Shown: positions 54,286 to 63,494, counted from the first letter of the stretch. The stretch: DNA of 64,000 bases from Octopus sinensis (GCF_006345805.1 NW_021833444.1:1-64000); one strand, 5' to 3'. A program made the numbers and translations. Notes: generated by a model from the letters alone, not told the origin.

Positions 54286-56559
54286 TTCAAATTCCGCCGA
54301 GGTCGACTTTGCCTTTCATCCTTTCGGGGTAGATTAATTAAGTACCAGTTACGCACTGCGGTCGATATAATCGACTTAATCCGTTTGTCTGTCCTTCTTT
54401 GTCCTCTCTGTGTTTTGTTCCTTGTGGGTAGTAAAGAAATAGGTATTTCTTCTGCCGCCACGTTCTGAGTTCAAAGCCCGCCGACTTTGCTTTTCGTCCT
54501 TTCGAGGTCAACAGTACCAATTAAGTGCTGGGGTCGATGTAATCGACTATCCCCCGCCCCCAAATTTCAGGCCTTGTTTCTATAGTAAAAAGGATTACTT
54601 ATCCGTTGATTCTGTAGTGTTACCCTGATGAACGAGAGAATATTTCACTGAGAAATATGGTAATCTATCTCACGGACAATAAACATTGTTAGTCATAGTA
54701 ATTTTGCTTCTACCCCATAACTGGATGAAGTAAAAGTAATGACAGGCTTCAATATTCCACTCCACCCACCTACTCTACCCAAAGACAGAGCACACTGGAA
54801 AGAAGCATGCATCAGATCCAAAACCAAAATCAGGGTATTGTAAGCAACTAGTTCTTTTGTCACTTAGATTAGTTACCATATTGTTGAACCATACTGCTTA
54901 GCAGAGAAGAAGGTTTGCTGGTGTAAGCCACTCGGTGTAAGCTTGTTGTCAGTGTACGAGGGGCGTTCAATAAGTAATGCCCCTGACCCGCTTCCCATAG
55001 CAGTAGAGCAACGAAACTTGACCACAGTTATTAGTCTTTTTCTACATAGGAACCACCCAGAGTTACGCATTTCTCCCATCGTTTGATGCAGCTCTGGGGA
55101 CCGTTTTTGTAGAAGAACCCAGCTTGGTCCTCCACCTCAACGTGACTTCAGAAATCAAGGCTGCATCATCTGGGAAACGCTTTCCTTTCAAAAACAACTT
55201 CATGATTGGGAAGAGGTGAAAATCAGAGGGTGCAAGGTCAGGAAAGTAGGGGGGATGGGGAGGACTTCATAGCCATACGCCTGTGCTTCTGATCTGGCGA
55301 CAAGCGAGTTGTGGACCGGAGCGTTGTCCTGCAGGAGGAGGATGTCTTTGCTGATCTTGCCCCGCCTCTTGATTTTGATAACTTCTCTTAATTTCCTCAA
55401 AAGTGAAGCATAATAGGCTCCTGCAATTGTGGTACCCTTTGCCAGGAAATCTGTCATCACTACTCCGTCCTGGTCCCAGAAGACTGTGAGTATGATCTTG
55501 CCAGCGGAGTGCTGCACCCTTGCCTTCTTTGGAGGGGGTGAGTCACGGTGCTTCCACTGCATTGACTGGGCTTTGGTCTCTGGATCATCGTGATGGACCC
55601 AGGTTTCATCCTGTGTAATCAGTCTTTTGAGACATTTTGAATCATCTTCTTGGCACATCTCCAAATTCACCCTCGAGCACTCGACGCGCTCTTGCTTCTG
55701 GAAAGGCGTGAGCAGCCTGGGAATCCATCTGGCAGACACCTTTTGCATATGCAAATGGTCATGAATGATAGTTTCCACAGACCCGGTACTAATCTTGACC
55801 TCATGGGCTATTTGGCGAATAATTATGCGTCGATCTTCCAAAATGGCAGCCTCAACTTGACGGACAGATGCCTCATCAATGGCAGAAGGGGGCGACCAGA
55901 TCTGGGAGCTGTTTCCACAGAGTTCCGACCATGTTTGAATTCACGATGCCAGCGTTTTACAAGGTCATATGATGGGGCATCATCACCATAAGTTACTTTC
56001 ATTTCATCAAAAGTCTCCCGTGGTGTGCGTCCTTTCAAATACAAAAACCGGATCACTGCTCGACACTCAACAGGCTCCATTTCACACTTGACTCGGTTCA
56101 AACACCTGTAAATCAGAAACCACAATTAATTCAGAGATGTAGTTTGCCACTTACTCTATAGAGATATAAATGATTGCACATACAAAATTTCAGCTGGATC
56201 AAACAACTGCAAGTGGGTCAGAGGCATTACTTATTGAACGTCCCTCATAATATTGTGGAAGTAAGTTTATCCAAGGAAAACGCCATGAAGCAGACAAGTT
56301 TTATTAATTGTAAAACATTTAAGCCATATTGGTAAAAAATATTATAAACGTAGAAGGTACTGAATGTTACGGAGATTAGACCTTATATACTGACCTTTGT
56401 GAGAGCTTTTGGATTAAAGCGCCATAATTTGTTACCAAGTTCTTCAAATTTCACAATCACATCGTCGACATTATTAAGTCCTTGAACTATGCCAACTTGA
56501 CCTATAAACTGAATATAAAGTGGGTTAACAAATATTGTACATACATACATGCATACATT

Positions 56560-56591
<32 letters not shown>

Positions 56592-57914
56592 CATACATAC
56601 ATACATACATACATGATGGCTGCCCACTCTTTATCGAGTATGGCCATTGCACGAAGCTTAACTGTTACTGGTGCTGTGATCGAATGTGACTTTTTAGCCC
56701 AGCTACATACATACATACATACATACATACATACATACATACATACACACGCATGTTATGTATTCAAATGTATATATGTGCCACATGAACGGGGAAAAAA
56801 CAATTCCAAACATACAATAAGATATATGGCGTATTTAAAATGAATTCGGTTCTCAGCACCAAATTTCACAGCACCGCGATTTTCAGACAAGAACTGCTAT
56901 ATTTGTTTCATTATTTTCCTATTAAATTTATACTTATAAATGTGCATTCGTTGTTTTCTACATCTTTTTACAATCAAAAGGCGTAAGATAACAGGTATAA
57001 ACTGATGGCTATGGGAGACCAGATTCACCCAGTAAATGTGGCAAGAAATGAAAGAAAAAATATTCATATTCATCAGAATATGCCACCCATCTCCAACGTT
57101 TTAGGATAATTTATTTGTGCTATAAAAGAAGATAAAATAAAGGAAAATAAATTTTGATGAAACATATATGGTAGCAATTCTGTAAATTTACAATGACATA
57201 TTGTAGTGGTTGTGTGGTAAGTAGCTTGCTTACCAGCCACATGGTTCCGGGTTCAGTCCCACTGCGTGGGACATTGGGCAAGTGTCTTCTACTATAGCCT
57301 CGGGCCGACCAAAGCCTTGTGAGTGGATTTGGTAGACGGAAACTGAAAGAAGCCCGTCGTATATATGCATATATATGTGTGCGTGTATGTTTGTGTGTCT
57401 GTGTTTGTCCCCCTAGCATTGCTTGACAACCGATGCTGGTGTGTTTATGTCGCCGTCACTTAGCGGTTCGGCAAAAGAGAATCGATAGAATAAGTACTGG
57501 GCTTACAAAAGAATAAGTCCCGGGGTCGATATGCTCGACTAAAGGCGGTGCTCCAGCATGGCCGCAGTCAACTGACTGAAACAAGTAAAAGAGTAAAGAA
57601 AAAGAGAGAGATATTTTCTTACAAAATTGTCATACTTCCGGCAGTTGGTTTCCTTTTCGTGGCTACTGCACTGTAGTCACTTAGTAATAGTAACCGTTCA
57701 ACCAGTGATAGCTGTTTATGCATGTATGTATATATTTCGCTATCTATCAGTGACCTTATAGCATAATGAAAATACACAAGCCAGTACTTACGTTTACCAT
57801 AAAAGGAGTCCATCCGCCATGTCCTTCTTGTAACAACTTTACAGTATTTATGTCTTCAGATAGAGATACTCGGTCTCCTGCGTTGAATACACTGGTAGAT
57901 GCGTTGGAATCCAT
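22149..57914 (-). CDS. MIB2: Mind bomb 2-like E3 ubiquitin ligase, spliced CDS of 16 exons, 774 aa: 3 Mib (SH3-like) repeats, ankyrin repeats, 2 RING fingers; no MZM region found
   Basis: Exons in order: 57914-57792, 56508-56395, 53936-53832, 52654-52510, 50443-50340, 49021-48917, 41408-41267, 38502-38369, 37506-37358, 35401-35245, 33270-33116, 27221-27095, 26674-26465, 24364-24192, 23218-23022, 22333-22149. All introns are GT-AG, all phases are compatible, and the total is 2325 nt = 775 codons including TAG. The symbol is family-level: two RINGs as in MIB2, orthology not established. Confidence 0.88.
22616..22776. repeat. (TAA)n/(CAA)n microsatellite in the last intron
   Basis: Direct reading. 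Confidence 0.95.
23022..23218 (-). CDS. MIB2: MIB2-like exon 15: RING finger 1 ([37 protein letters not shown])
   Basis: C-x2-C...C-x-H...C-x2-C...C-x2-C spacing, ttccgtag acceptor, gtaagt donor, phase 2/1. Confidence 0.93.
24192..24364 (-). CDS. MIB2: MIB2-like exon 14: last ankyrin-like repeat ([57 protein letters not shown])
   Basis: gtacag acceptor, gtaagt donor, phase 0/2. Confidence 0.9.
24430..25375. repeat. (TA)n-rich array containing three copies of a ~52-bp unique island
   Basis: aactatattggtgatgcaaacaggaaaacagaactcagaataagtgttatata at about 24618, 25002 and 25313. Confidence 0.9.
25875..26230 (-). mobile_element. L1/Tx1-like LINE RT N-terminal fragment
   Basis: [41 protein letters not shown]...DDSQTCAIP matches the N-Y/F-RPI-x-L-x-N-x-D-x-KI-x-x-K-x-L motif. 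Confidence 0.75.
26465..26674 (-). CDS. MIB2: MIB2-like exon 13: ankyrin ([70 protein letters not shown])
   Basis: tttttttag acceptor, gtaagt donor, 210 nt, phase 0/0. Confidence 0.95.
27095..27221 (-). CDS. MIB2: MIB2-like exon 12: ankyrin ([42 protein letters not shown])
   Basis: ttcttcag acceptor, gtaagc donor, phase 2/0, [17 protein letters not shown] motif. Confidence 0.95.
27921..29604 (+). mobile_element. Possible degenerate Helitron-like element
   Basis: 5' a|TC tatatattaaaattgaat, 3' ttctCTAG|t, with an internal charged E-R-R-A-R-L-like remnant and an internal ~140-bp duplication (27995 and 28210). Confidence 0.4.
29826..29863 (-). ncRNA. Degenerate minimal hammerhead motif (U4C core change)
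   Basis: ctgt CCGATGA ac-ggcaac-gt GAA Actc-a-gagT A acag. Confidence 0.4.
31095..31685 (-). mobile_element. Cluster of three overlapping tRNA-derived SINE copies, third family
   Basis: ggtacttatttaatcgac...aaggatgaaagg...gaactcagaacgtag is repeated three times. The reverse-complement copy is at 54285-54595. Confidence 0.75.
33116..33270 (-). CDS. MIB2: MIB2-like exon 11: ankyrin repeats ([51 protein letters not shown])
   Basis: ttttcag acceptor, gtaagt donor, phase 0/2. GDTALHDAI and N-x-RGFN-x-LHHAA are typical of Mind bomb ankyrin repeats. Confidence 0.95.
33890..34300 (-). mobile_element. tRNA-derived SINE, same family as 5262-5672
   Basis: Near-identical sequence along the full length. 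Confidence 0.8.
35245..35401 (-). CDS. MIB2: MIB2-like exon 10: ankyrin repeats ([52 protein letters not shown])
   Basis: ttttag acceptor, gttagt donor, phase 2/0. Confidence 0.95.
35880..36330 (+). mobile_element. Degenerate RLE-type non-LTR retrotransposon 3' fragment
   Basis: [26 protein letters not shown]...[10 protein letters not shown] matches the RLE C-terminal K-x-x-KY-x-x-L...PV-x-x-G-x-LG motif. Confidence 0.6.
36678..37197 (+). mobile_element. R4/Dong-like RLE non-LTR retrotransposon, 5'-truncated, embedded in (TAA)n
   Basis: [26 protein letters not shown]...[13 protein letters not shown]...[31 protein letters not shown]. (TAA)n arrays abut both ends (36363-36677 and 37197-37266). 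Confidence 0.8.
37358..37506 (-). CDS. MIB2: MIB2-like exon 9: ankyrin repeats ([49 protein letters not shown])
   Basis: GxTALH ankyrin motifs, acag acceptor, gtatgt donor, phase 0/2. Confidence 0.95.
38105..38320. repeat. (GAG)n/(GAA)n microsatellite just after exon 8
   Basis: Direct reading. It explains the poly-L, poly-F and poly-K ORFs. Confidence 0.95.
38369..38502 (-). CDS. MIB2: MIB2-like exon 8: linker and start of ankyrin region ([44 protein letters not shown])
   Basis: ttatatag acceptor, gtaagc donor, phase 1/0. Confidence 0.88.
38575..39349 (+). mobile_element. Mariner transposon, 3' part only, pseudogenised
   Basis: [11 protein letters not shown]...[27 protein letters not shown]...QGIYFEG. 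The right TIR (reverse complement cgaggtggtatcaaaagg) is followed by TA at 39350-39351. Confidence 0.85.
41267..41408 (-). CDS. MIB2: MIB2-like exon 7: second half of Mib repeat 3 ([47 protein letters not shown])
   Basis: tttgtttgtag acceptor, gtaagt donor, phase 0/1, paralogous to exon 4. Confidence 0.88.
41850..42560 (-). mobile_element. Highly degenerate RTE-like LINE RT fragment
   Basis: The minus strand gives [11 protein letters not shown], matching RTE F-x-YLGS-x-I-x-x-DG. Many stops. Confidence 0.3.
43255..45755. repeat. Spacerless palindrome of about 2.5 kb (arms about 1.25 kb), centred at 44503/44504
   Basis: The centre reads ggaggctagtctatacat|atgtatagactagcctcc. The arms are reverse complements out to the hammerhead-bearing ends and differ by small indels. 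Confidence 0.9.
43274..43324 (-). ncRNA. Hammerhead ribozyme motif in a Penelope-like pseudo-LTR, on the sense strand of MIB2-like intron 6
   Basis: agcttc CTGAAGA tttc-tctt-gaat GAA Acag-tactagtc-ctgT A gaagct. Intact core and 6-bp stem I, but a U.U mismatch closes stem II. Related copies lie at 45685-45734 (+), about 45860-45915 (-) and about 48160-48212 (+), each with indels. Confidence 0.6.
45776..48240 (-). mobile_element. Penelope-like element remnant: GIY-YIG endonuclease C-terminus, a downstream pseudo-LTR and an inverted partial pseudo-LTR upstream
   Basis: [23 protein letters not shown]...[11 protein letters not shown] and C[11 protein letters not shown]...LLNK at about 47530-47834. 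The repeat at 45776-46400 matches 43186-43650, and 47980-48240 is its inverted copy. Confidence 0.8.
48917..49021 (-). CDS. MIB2: MIB2-like exon 6: first half of Mib repeat 3 ([35 protein letters not shown])
   Basis: tgtttcag acceptor, gtgagt donor, 105 nt, LQEGHGGW motif. Confidence 0.92.
50340..50443 (-). CDS. MIB2: MIB2-like exon 5: linker ([34 protein letters not shown])
   Basis: ttttatag acceptor, gtaaat donor. Phase 1/0 is exactly what is needed to join exons 4 and 6. Resembles the start of exon 8. The donor position is less certain. Confidence 0.65.
51200..51760 (-). mobile_element. Possible degenerate LINE AP-endonuclease fragment
   Basis: Only weak motif resemblance, with many stops. 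Confidence 0.25.
52510..52654 (-). CDS. MIB2: MIB2-like exon 4: second half of Mib repeat 2 ([48 protein letters not shown])
   Basis: tctttgtag acceptor, gtgagt donor, phase 0/1, LG-x-G...DGD...FNP motif. Confidence 0.9.
53832..53936 (-). CDS. MIB2: MIB2-like exon 3: first half of Mib repeat 2 ([35 protein letters not shown])
   Basis: ctgtttcag acceptor, gtgagt donor, 105 nt, F-x-VGD...HGGW motif. Not in the supplied ORF track. Confidence 0.9.
54285..54595 (+). mobile_element. tRNA-derived SINE, third family
   Basis: Reverse complement of the 31095-31685 copies. Confidence 0.75.
54957..56247 (-). mobile_element. Full-length (1291 bp) mariner transposon with a frameshifted transposase
   Basis: TIRs cgaggggcgttcaataagtaatgcc and tgagggacgttcaataagtaatgcc, flanked by TA at 54955-56 and 56248-49. 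ATG at 56080 gives [13 protein letters not shown]...APRSGRP. Catalytic motifs TQDETW, QDNAPVH and [11 protein letters not shown] fall in shifted frames. Confidence 0.95.
56395..56508 (-). CDS. MIB2: MIB2-like exon 2: second half of Mib repeat 1 ([38 protein letters not shown])
   Basis: ttcag acceptor, gtcagt donor, phase 0/0, W-x-FNP-x-AL motif. Confidence 0.9.
57203..57600 (+). mobile_element. tRNA-derived SINE, same family as 5262-5672, in MIB2-like intron 1
   Basis: Full-length reverse complement of 5262-5672. Confidence 0.8.
57792..57914 (-). CDS. MIB2: MIB2-like coding exon 1: start codon and first half of Mib repeat 1 ([41 protein letters not shown])
   Basis: Acceptor cttgtttcag ends at 57938. 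Context TAA ACA ATG G. Mib-repeat motif LQEGHGGW. Donor gtaagt at 57791. Confidence 0.85.
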
Positions 57915-57966
57915 TGTTTATACAAATACAAATTCACCTGAAACAAGCATATATATATATATATAT

Positions 57967-60862
57967 AAGGGGCGTGCACTCTCAGGTATGCAAGGTATGC
58001 GTTGCAAGACCTGTGATTTTTTATCCATATGATCGGAAAATTAGATAAAATAGTTTCTTTGTTTCAAAGAAAATCCGTCCAGTTGTTTTGGAAATATTTT
58101 GTCTCCCCTTCTCCTCTCTCAGTGACTCGTACTTCTGCTTTGAGAAGTTATGCTATGAGAAGATCCGCATGACAGACACTCCCTCTCTGTCTCAGTTTGT
58201 CCTTCCTTCTCTCTCTCTCTCTCACTCACTTAGTGATTGTTTTAAAAGACATGCTAAGAGCATAGGGCATTTGAAATATTTTTACCCCCTTCCTCTCTCT
58301 CTTAGTGGCTCGTCATGCTTTGAGAAGACCCGCATGACATCCCTCTCTGTCTCTTTGTTAGTTTGTCCCTCCTTCCTCTCTCTCTCTCTTAGTGACTTGA
58401 TAAAACAGATGCTAGGAGGAAAGGTCGTTCATAATATTTTGTACCGCCGTCCTCTCTCTCTCTCAGTGGCATGTCATGCTTTGAGATGACCGCATGATAC
58501 CCACTCTCTGTCTCTTTGCTAGTGTAGAATTGTTGCTAACCTTGTTCCATTTCTGACCGGAACAAAAGCAGTCCCATAATTCTTAAGCTAGCCAGCTGAA
58601 ATTTTGGAATAACTTAGCGGTAAGTTTGAATTTTTTAACCAAAACCTCTGTTTGCACTATTATACTTTTGGAGTGTTCGGAAAACAAAAAATATAATCTA
58701 TATTATAATTCTTATTTCAGAAGTAGCTAATTAATCTTAAATTAATTTAACTAAGGTTATTTTTCCGTTTTGTTGAAATTGACTTACAATTTACGCCGGC
58801 GCTTCCACGTGTGTTCGTATATAAGAACAACCTTTTACGAAATAAGTGAAATGTGTGTTATAAACGATATTTTGAGAAATAGTTTTTCGAAAAGAGACTT
58901 CGATGGAAAACAATTAATTATAAATGGTGGGAGACCAGCACCGAATTTACCTAATCTGCGAAGCTACAACAAGAAATTCACGAGCAATTCCAGGTTAATT
59001 TGTATGAAAAGAAAAAATGGTTAACTGGGGTGCTATCCTTATTAAATTATTCTGTTGGCCTTGTTTACTTTTTTGCTTAGAAAAGAATGTTTGGAATGAT
59101 AAAGGCTATGATGATTTAAATAATTTACATATGGCTATGTTAAAGCACAAGCGTTCTCAAAAGCATATAAAATCTTTGATAGATCTTAAAATATTCGAGA
59201 ATGTTCGCATAGACTTACAATTAGATGCATGTAAAAATCAAAGCATACAACACCATAATGAGAAAGTCAGACGAAACAGATCCATTCTGCAACGATTGAT
59301 CGATGTTGTTATTTTTTTAGGTTTCCAGGAATTATCGTTTTGGGGTCATTTTGAATCTGAAGGCTCTAATAATAGTGGAAATTATAAAGAACTCGTATAT
59401 GTAATCAGTAAATATGACAAAAAATAGAAATTCATCTAGATACAGCTTCTATCCACGGTCTGTCAAACAGAATTCAAATAACTTGATCGATGCAATTCAT
59501 AAAGTTATGTTGAATAAGATGCAAAGGTAAATCGAGCAAGCTAAAGTTGTTTCTATTTTTGTTGATGAGACATCTGTTCTCAGCATATTCACAACTGTCA
59601 ACAGTTTTACGTTATGTTAGAGAAGACTGTGTCACGAAAGAACGATTTATCGGTTTTAGTGATGTTAGTGCAGATCGATCTGCAAATGCTTTATCTGAAC
59701 ATGTTTTTAAATGCATTGAATTGTGGAAATGTGAAAACAAATTGATTGCACAAACCTATAACGGTGCCACTACAATGGCAGGACAATTAAATGGGTTACA
59801 GGCAAAAGTAAGGAAGAAATATGAATGTGCGATCTTTATTCATTGTTGTGCCCATATTCTAAATTTAGTTCTTTCACAATCATGCTCTGCTATGAAAGAA
59901 TGCAAGATATTTTTTTGTACAATAAACGGACTGAGTATATTTTTTCGAAATCACCGAAAAGGGCTAGTGCGTTAGATAACATTGTTAAAAAAAAGATTTC
60001 CGAAAGCAACAGCAATGGAATTACTCCTCACGGCTTATTATTACCACAAAGGAAAATTATAATTTCATAATCAGCCTTTTTGAGCACATCATTGAAAATC
60101 CTGAAGCATAGGATGATACCACCATAAATTCAGCAATTGGATTCTTACACACTTTAAAAGCTCCTGATTTCTGATTTTTGTTAGAAGTATTCAGTGAGAT
60201 TTTTTCTTTTACTGACGTCTTATTTAACATCCTCCAGAGTAAAAGTCATGACATAGTGCATTGTAAAGAGCAAATAGATAAAACTAGAACTGTACTCGAA
60301 AACAAACTTGATAATCGGAATTCAGAGATCCAAGAATTGAGCGCCAACGACATTATAAAATGCTTTATAACAAAATTATCAGTACAATAGTTGACCAAAT
60401 AAAAGCACGATATTCATCCTTAGAAGAGTTTAAATTCATGGAACTTTCGAATTTCAACAAATTTGATGAGTATTGCAAACAATTTAAAAATCATGGGTAC
60501 TATTTAAGAAGAGTGGTCCCGGTGCGCGCACCAGAGCATCCACGCCAGCTAGTTGTGGCTAGTCGATCCTTACTTGTGTTTTGTGTTTTATTTACTTTGT
60601 TTAAAACATTATTTACTTTGTGTTTTGTGTTTTATATATTTTGTTTAAAAAATTTATGTACTTTGCTAGATAGTCGTAGGATCGACTACTCACGACTAGC
60701 CAGCGCGACGTTTTTTTTTTTCTAGGTCATACTGGGGTGATTGCATATCAGAATCTCCCATATGTAAATCGTAGGAATTCGAAAATTTTTTGCTGAAAAA
60801 TTGCCGGGGGCGGGGGCAAATAAATTCATTTCATGCCCAACCCCGGAAGTCACCGCACGCCA

Positions 60863-60865
<3 letters not shown>
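57967..60865 (+). mobile_element. hAT-superfamily DNA transposon (DUF4371/ZMYM1-like transposase), pseudogenised
   Basis: NSGNYKEL; QLSTVLRYV...ERFIGF; IAQTYNGATTMAG...FIHCCAHILNL, with stops and frameshifts. TIR-like ends aggggcgtgc (57968) and cagtggcgtgc (reverse complement, ending 60865), with (TA)n on both sides. Confidence 0.8.
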
Positions 60866-60917
<52 letters not shown>

Positions 60918-60919
60918 TC

Positions 60920-61235
60920 TTAAAGACTCCGCGGTTACGACGAGGGGCCCAGCTGATACGATCAACGGAACAGCTTGCTCGTGAAATTAACGTGCAAATG
61001 GCTGAGCATTCCACAGACACGTGTACCCTTAACGTAGTTCTCGGGGATAATCAGCATGACACAGAGAGTGACAAGGCTGACCCTTTGAAATACAAGTACA
61101 ACTCATTTTTGCCAGCTGAGTGGACTGGAGCAACGTGAAATAAAGTGTCTTGCTCAAGGACACAACGCGTCGCCGGGAATCGAACTCAAACCTTACGATC
61201 ATGAGCCGAATGCCCTAACCACTAAGCCACGCGCC
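60920..61235 (-). mobile_element. tRNA-derived SINE
   Basis: Head gcgcgtggcttagtggttagg...gagttcgattccc has A and B boxes. The tail is shared with 14830-15101. Confidence 0.7.
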
Positions 61236-61270
<35 letters not shown>

Positions 61271-62194
61271 CATATAATACATACATGTTTATATATATAT
61301 ATATATATACACAAATATCTCTGTATATATATGTATATATGTATGCATGTATTTTCGATTGATTTCTTTCAGTTTCTATCTACAAAATCCACTGACAAGG
61401 CTTTCGTTGTTCTGAGGCTATAGCAGAAGAAGCATTCCAAGTCACCACACAGCGGGACTGAACCCAGGACCATGTATTTTGGAACCAAGTTTGTTAGCAC
61501 ACAGCCACACCTGCACCTATGTATGTGTGTGGGGGGGTATGTGTGTATGGGTGTATATATGTATACATGTATATATGTGTATATATATGTGTACATATTA
61601 CATGTACATCTATATATATATAGCAATAATAATTCTCTAAAAGAGATATAGACAGTAACTGCTCGATAACATAAGGGACTAAAGCCATCTGAATATGGCT
61701 AGGGACAGGGCAGGGTGGTGGGGGTGTTACTGTTGCATTTAGCCCCAGGCGAACATCGACGTCACCAGATAGGCCCGACACCGTCACGGTGTCCTTTAAC
61801 CTGCAAAGGGAGGTAATACCCCGATGAAGCGGAAACCACACACGGACCATGGTTTCAAGGTGTATTGCCTATCGTCGGCGTGTGGTAGGCTTCCGCTTCC
61901 TCGACGAATTCTCACTCTGCAGGCTATTCATATATAGATTTTCAAGCAAAATACATTTGCTGATTTCGAAAATCTGTTCGAAAGCAATAATAATTCTCTA
62001 AAAGAGATATAGACAGTAACTGCTCGATAACATAAGGGACTAAAGCCATTACCTCCCTTTGCAGGTTAAAGGACACCGTGACGGTGTCGGGCCTATCTGG
62101 TGACGTCGATGTTCGCCTGGGGCTAAATGCAACAGTAACACCCCCACCACCCTGCCCGTCCCTAGCCATATTCAGATGGCTTTAGTCCCTTATG

Positions 62195-62248
<54 letters not shown>

Positions 62249-62492
62249 AATTCAAAATGTGACCGCGTGTGTACCGTTGGCGATTTTTTCCCTCTGTCTT
62301 CCCTTTTCTGGATCTTTCCTTCTCCTATGTTTCCGACGAAGAGCTCCGCTCGAAACGTAATCCCTCCTTCTTTCCTTCTTTCCTGAGCGTCCAATAATAA
62401 TATATTGTTCCACGTCCTCGCGTTGTTGTGTTTTTTTTGTGCTTTCATGTGTGGATTAAATTATATATATATATATATATATATACATATAT

Positions 62493-62531
<39 letters not shown>

Positions 62532-62536
62532 ATATA

Positions 62537-62576
<40 letters not shown>

Positions 62577-62670
62577 CGGAAGGTTTACGAAAATAAACAA
62601 AAGACGAAGGCAGGTGGAGTACAAACAAACAATGTATTAGTATGGCGCTCAGGAATAGAAATAAAACAAG

Positions 62671-62708
62671 TCTTTTACGTTTCGAGCCTACGCTCTTCAA
62701 CAGAAAGA
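62671..62708 (-). ncRNA. Degenerate minimal hammerhead motif (A6U core change, ACGU palindromic stem III)
   Basis: tcttt CTGTTGA a gagc-gtag-gctc GAA ACGT A aaaga. Confidence 0.4.
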
Positions 62709-63134
62709 TACAAAGAAAAGAAACAAGGAGAGAAAAAAAAATATATATATACATTCACACCTACATGCATATATATATATAGAGCAATAGAAACGGATAG
62801 AATAAGTACTATGCTTACAAAGAATAAGTCCTGGAGTCGATTTGCTCGATTAAAGGCGGTGCTTCAGCATGGCCACAGTCAAATAACTGAAGCCAATAAA
62901 AGAATAAAAGAACAAAGAACAAAGTCCAAATAAAGTGTACTGCACAAAGCAGAGACACAAACACTGAATGTAGTAGCAATTGACAAAATATGAGGAGGCA
63001 GATAAAAGTGAAACTAAATTGTTCCATGAAATATTAAACGTTCTAAAAACATGACCTACGTCAGAAAAATGTTGATATAATATCAAAAATGGAGTAGGAA
63101 GAGTAATCAAGATAATATCAACCAAATAAGGTAA

Positions 63135-63461
63135 TGACAAACATTTGAAAAAGAAGACGGTTATAACAGAAAACTCAAATCGAAGTAGCGATAAAAGAAA
63201 TTATAAATGAGAAAATTTATATAAAATTGGCAAATTACGTATATGTTAACAAGGATATGTTAGCATTACTCACAGTGATTTGTGTCAGTACAACAATTTA
63301 ATGAGGAATGTATCTATACATTTTAACCAGCACTTGTGTGTGTGTTTATATATTTGAGTAATAAAGTTTTCATGATGGATTGTGTCAGATAGAAATGCTT
63401 TATAAATATTTTTTGAAAGCCAAAACAGGGATGTTATTTAAAAGTTTTGTCAAGAGATGTG

Positions 63462-63494
<33 letters not shown>

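Noticed and set aside
54620-54665. Hammerhead-like ttacc CTGATGA ... gaaata tggtaa
   Set aside because: Stem II cannot form before a proper GAAA, and there is no unpaired H17 between stem III and stem I.
61818-61860. CCGATGAagcgGAAACca... hammerhead-like string
   Set aside because: The core is mutated, there is no stem II and no stem I partner. At most a relic.
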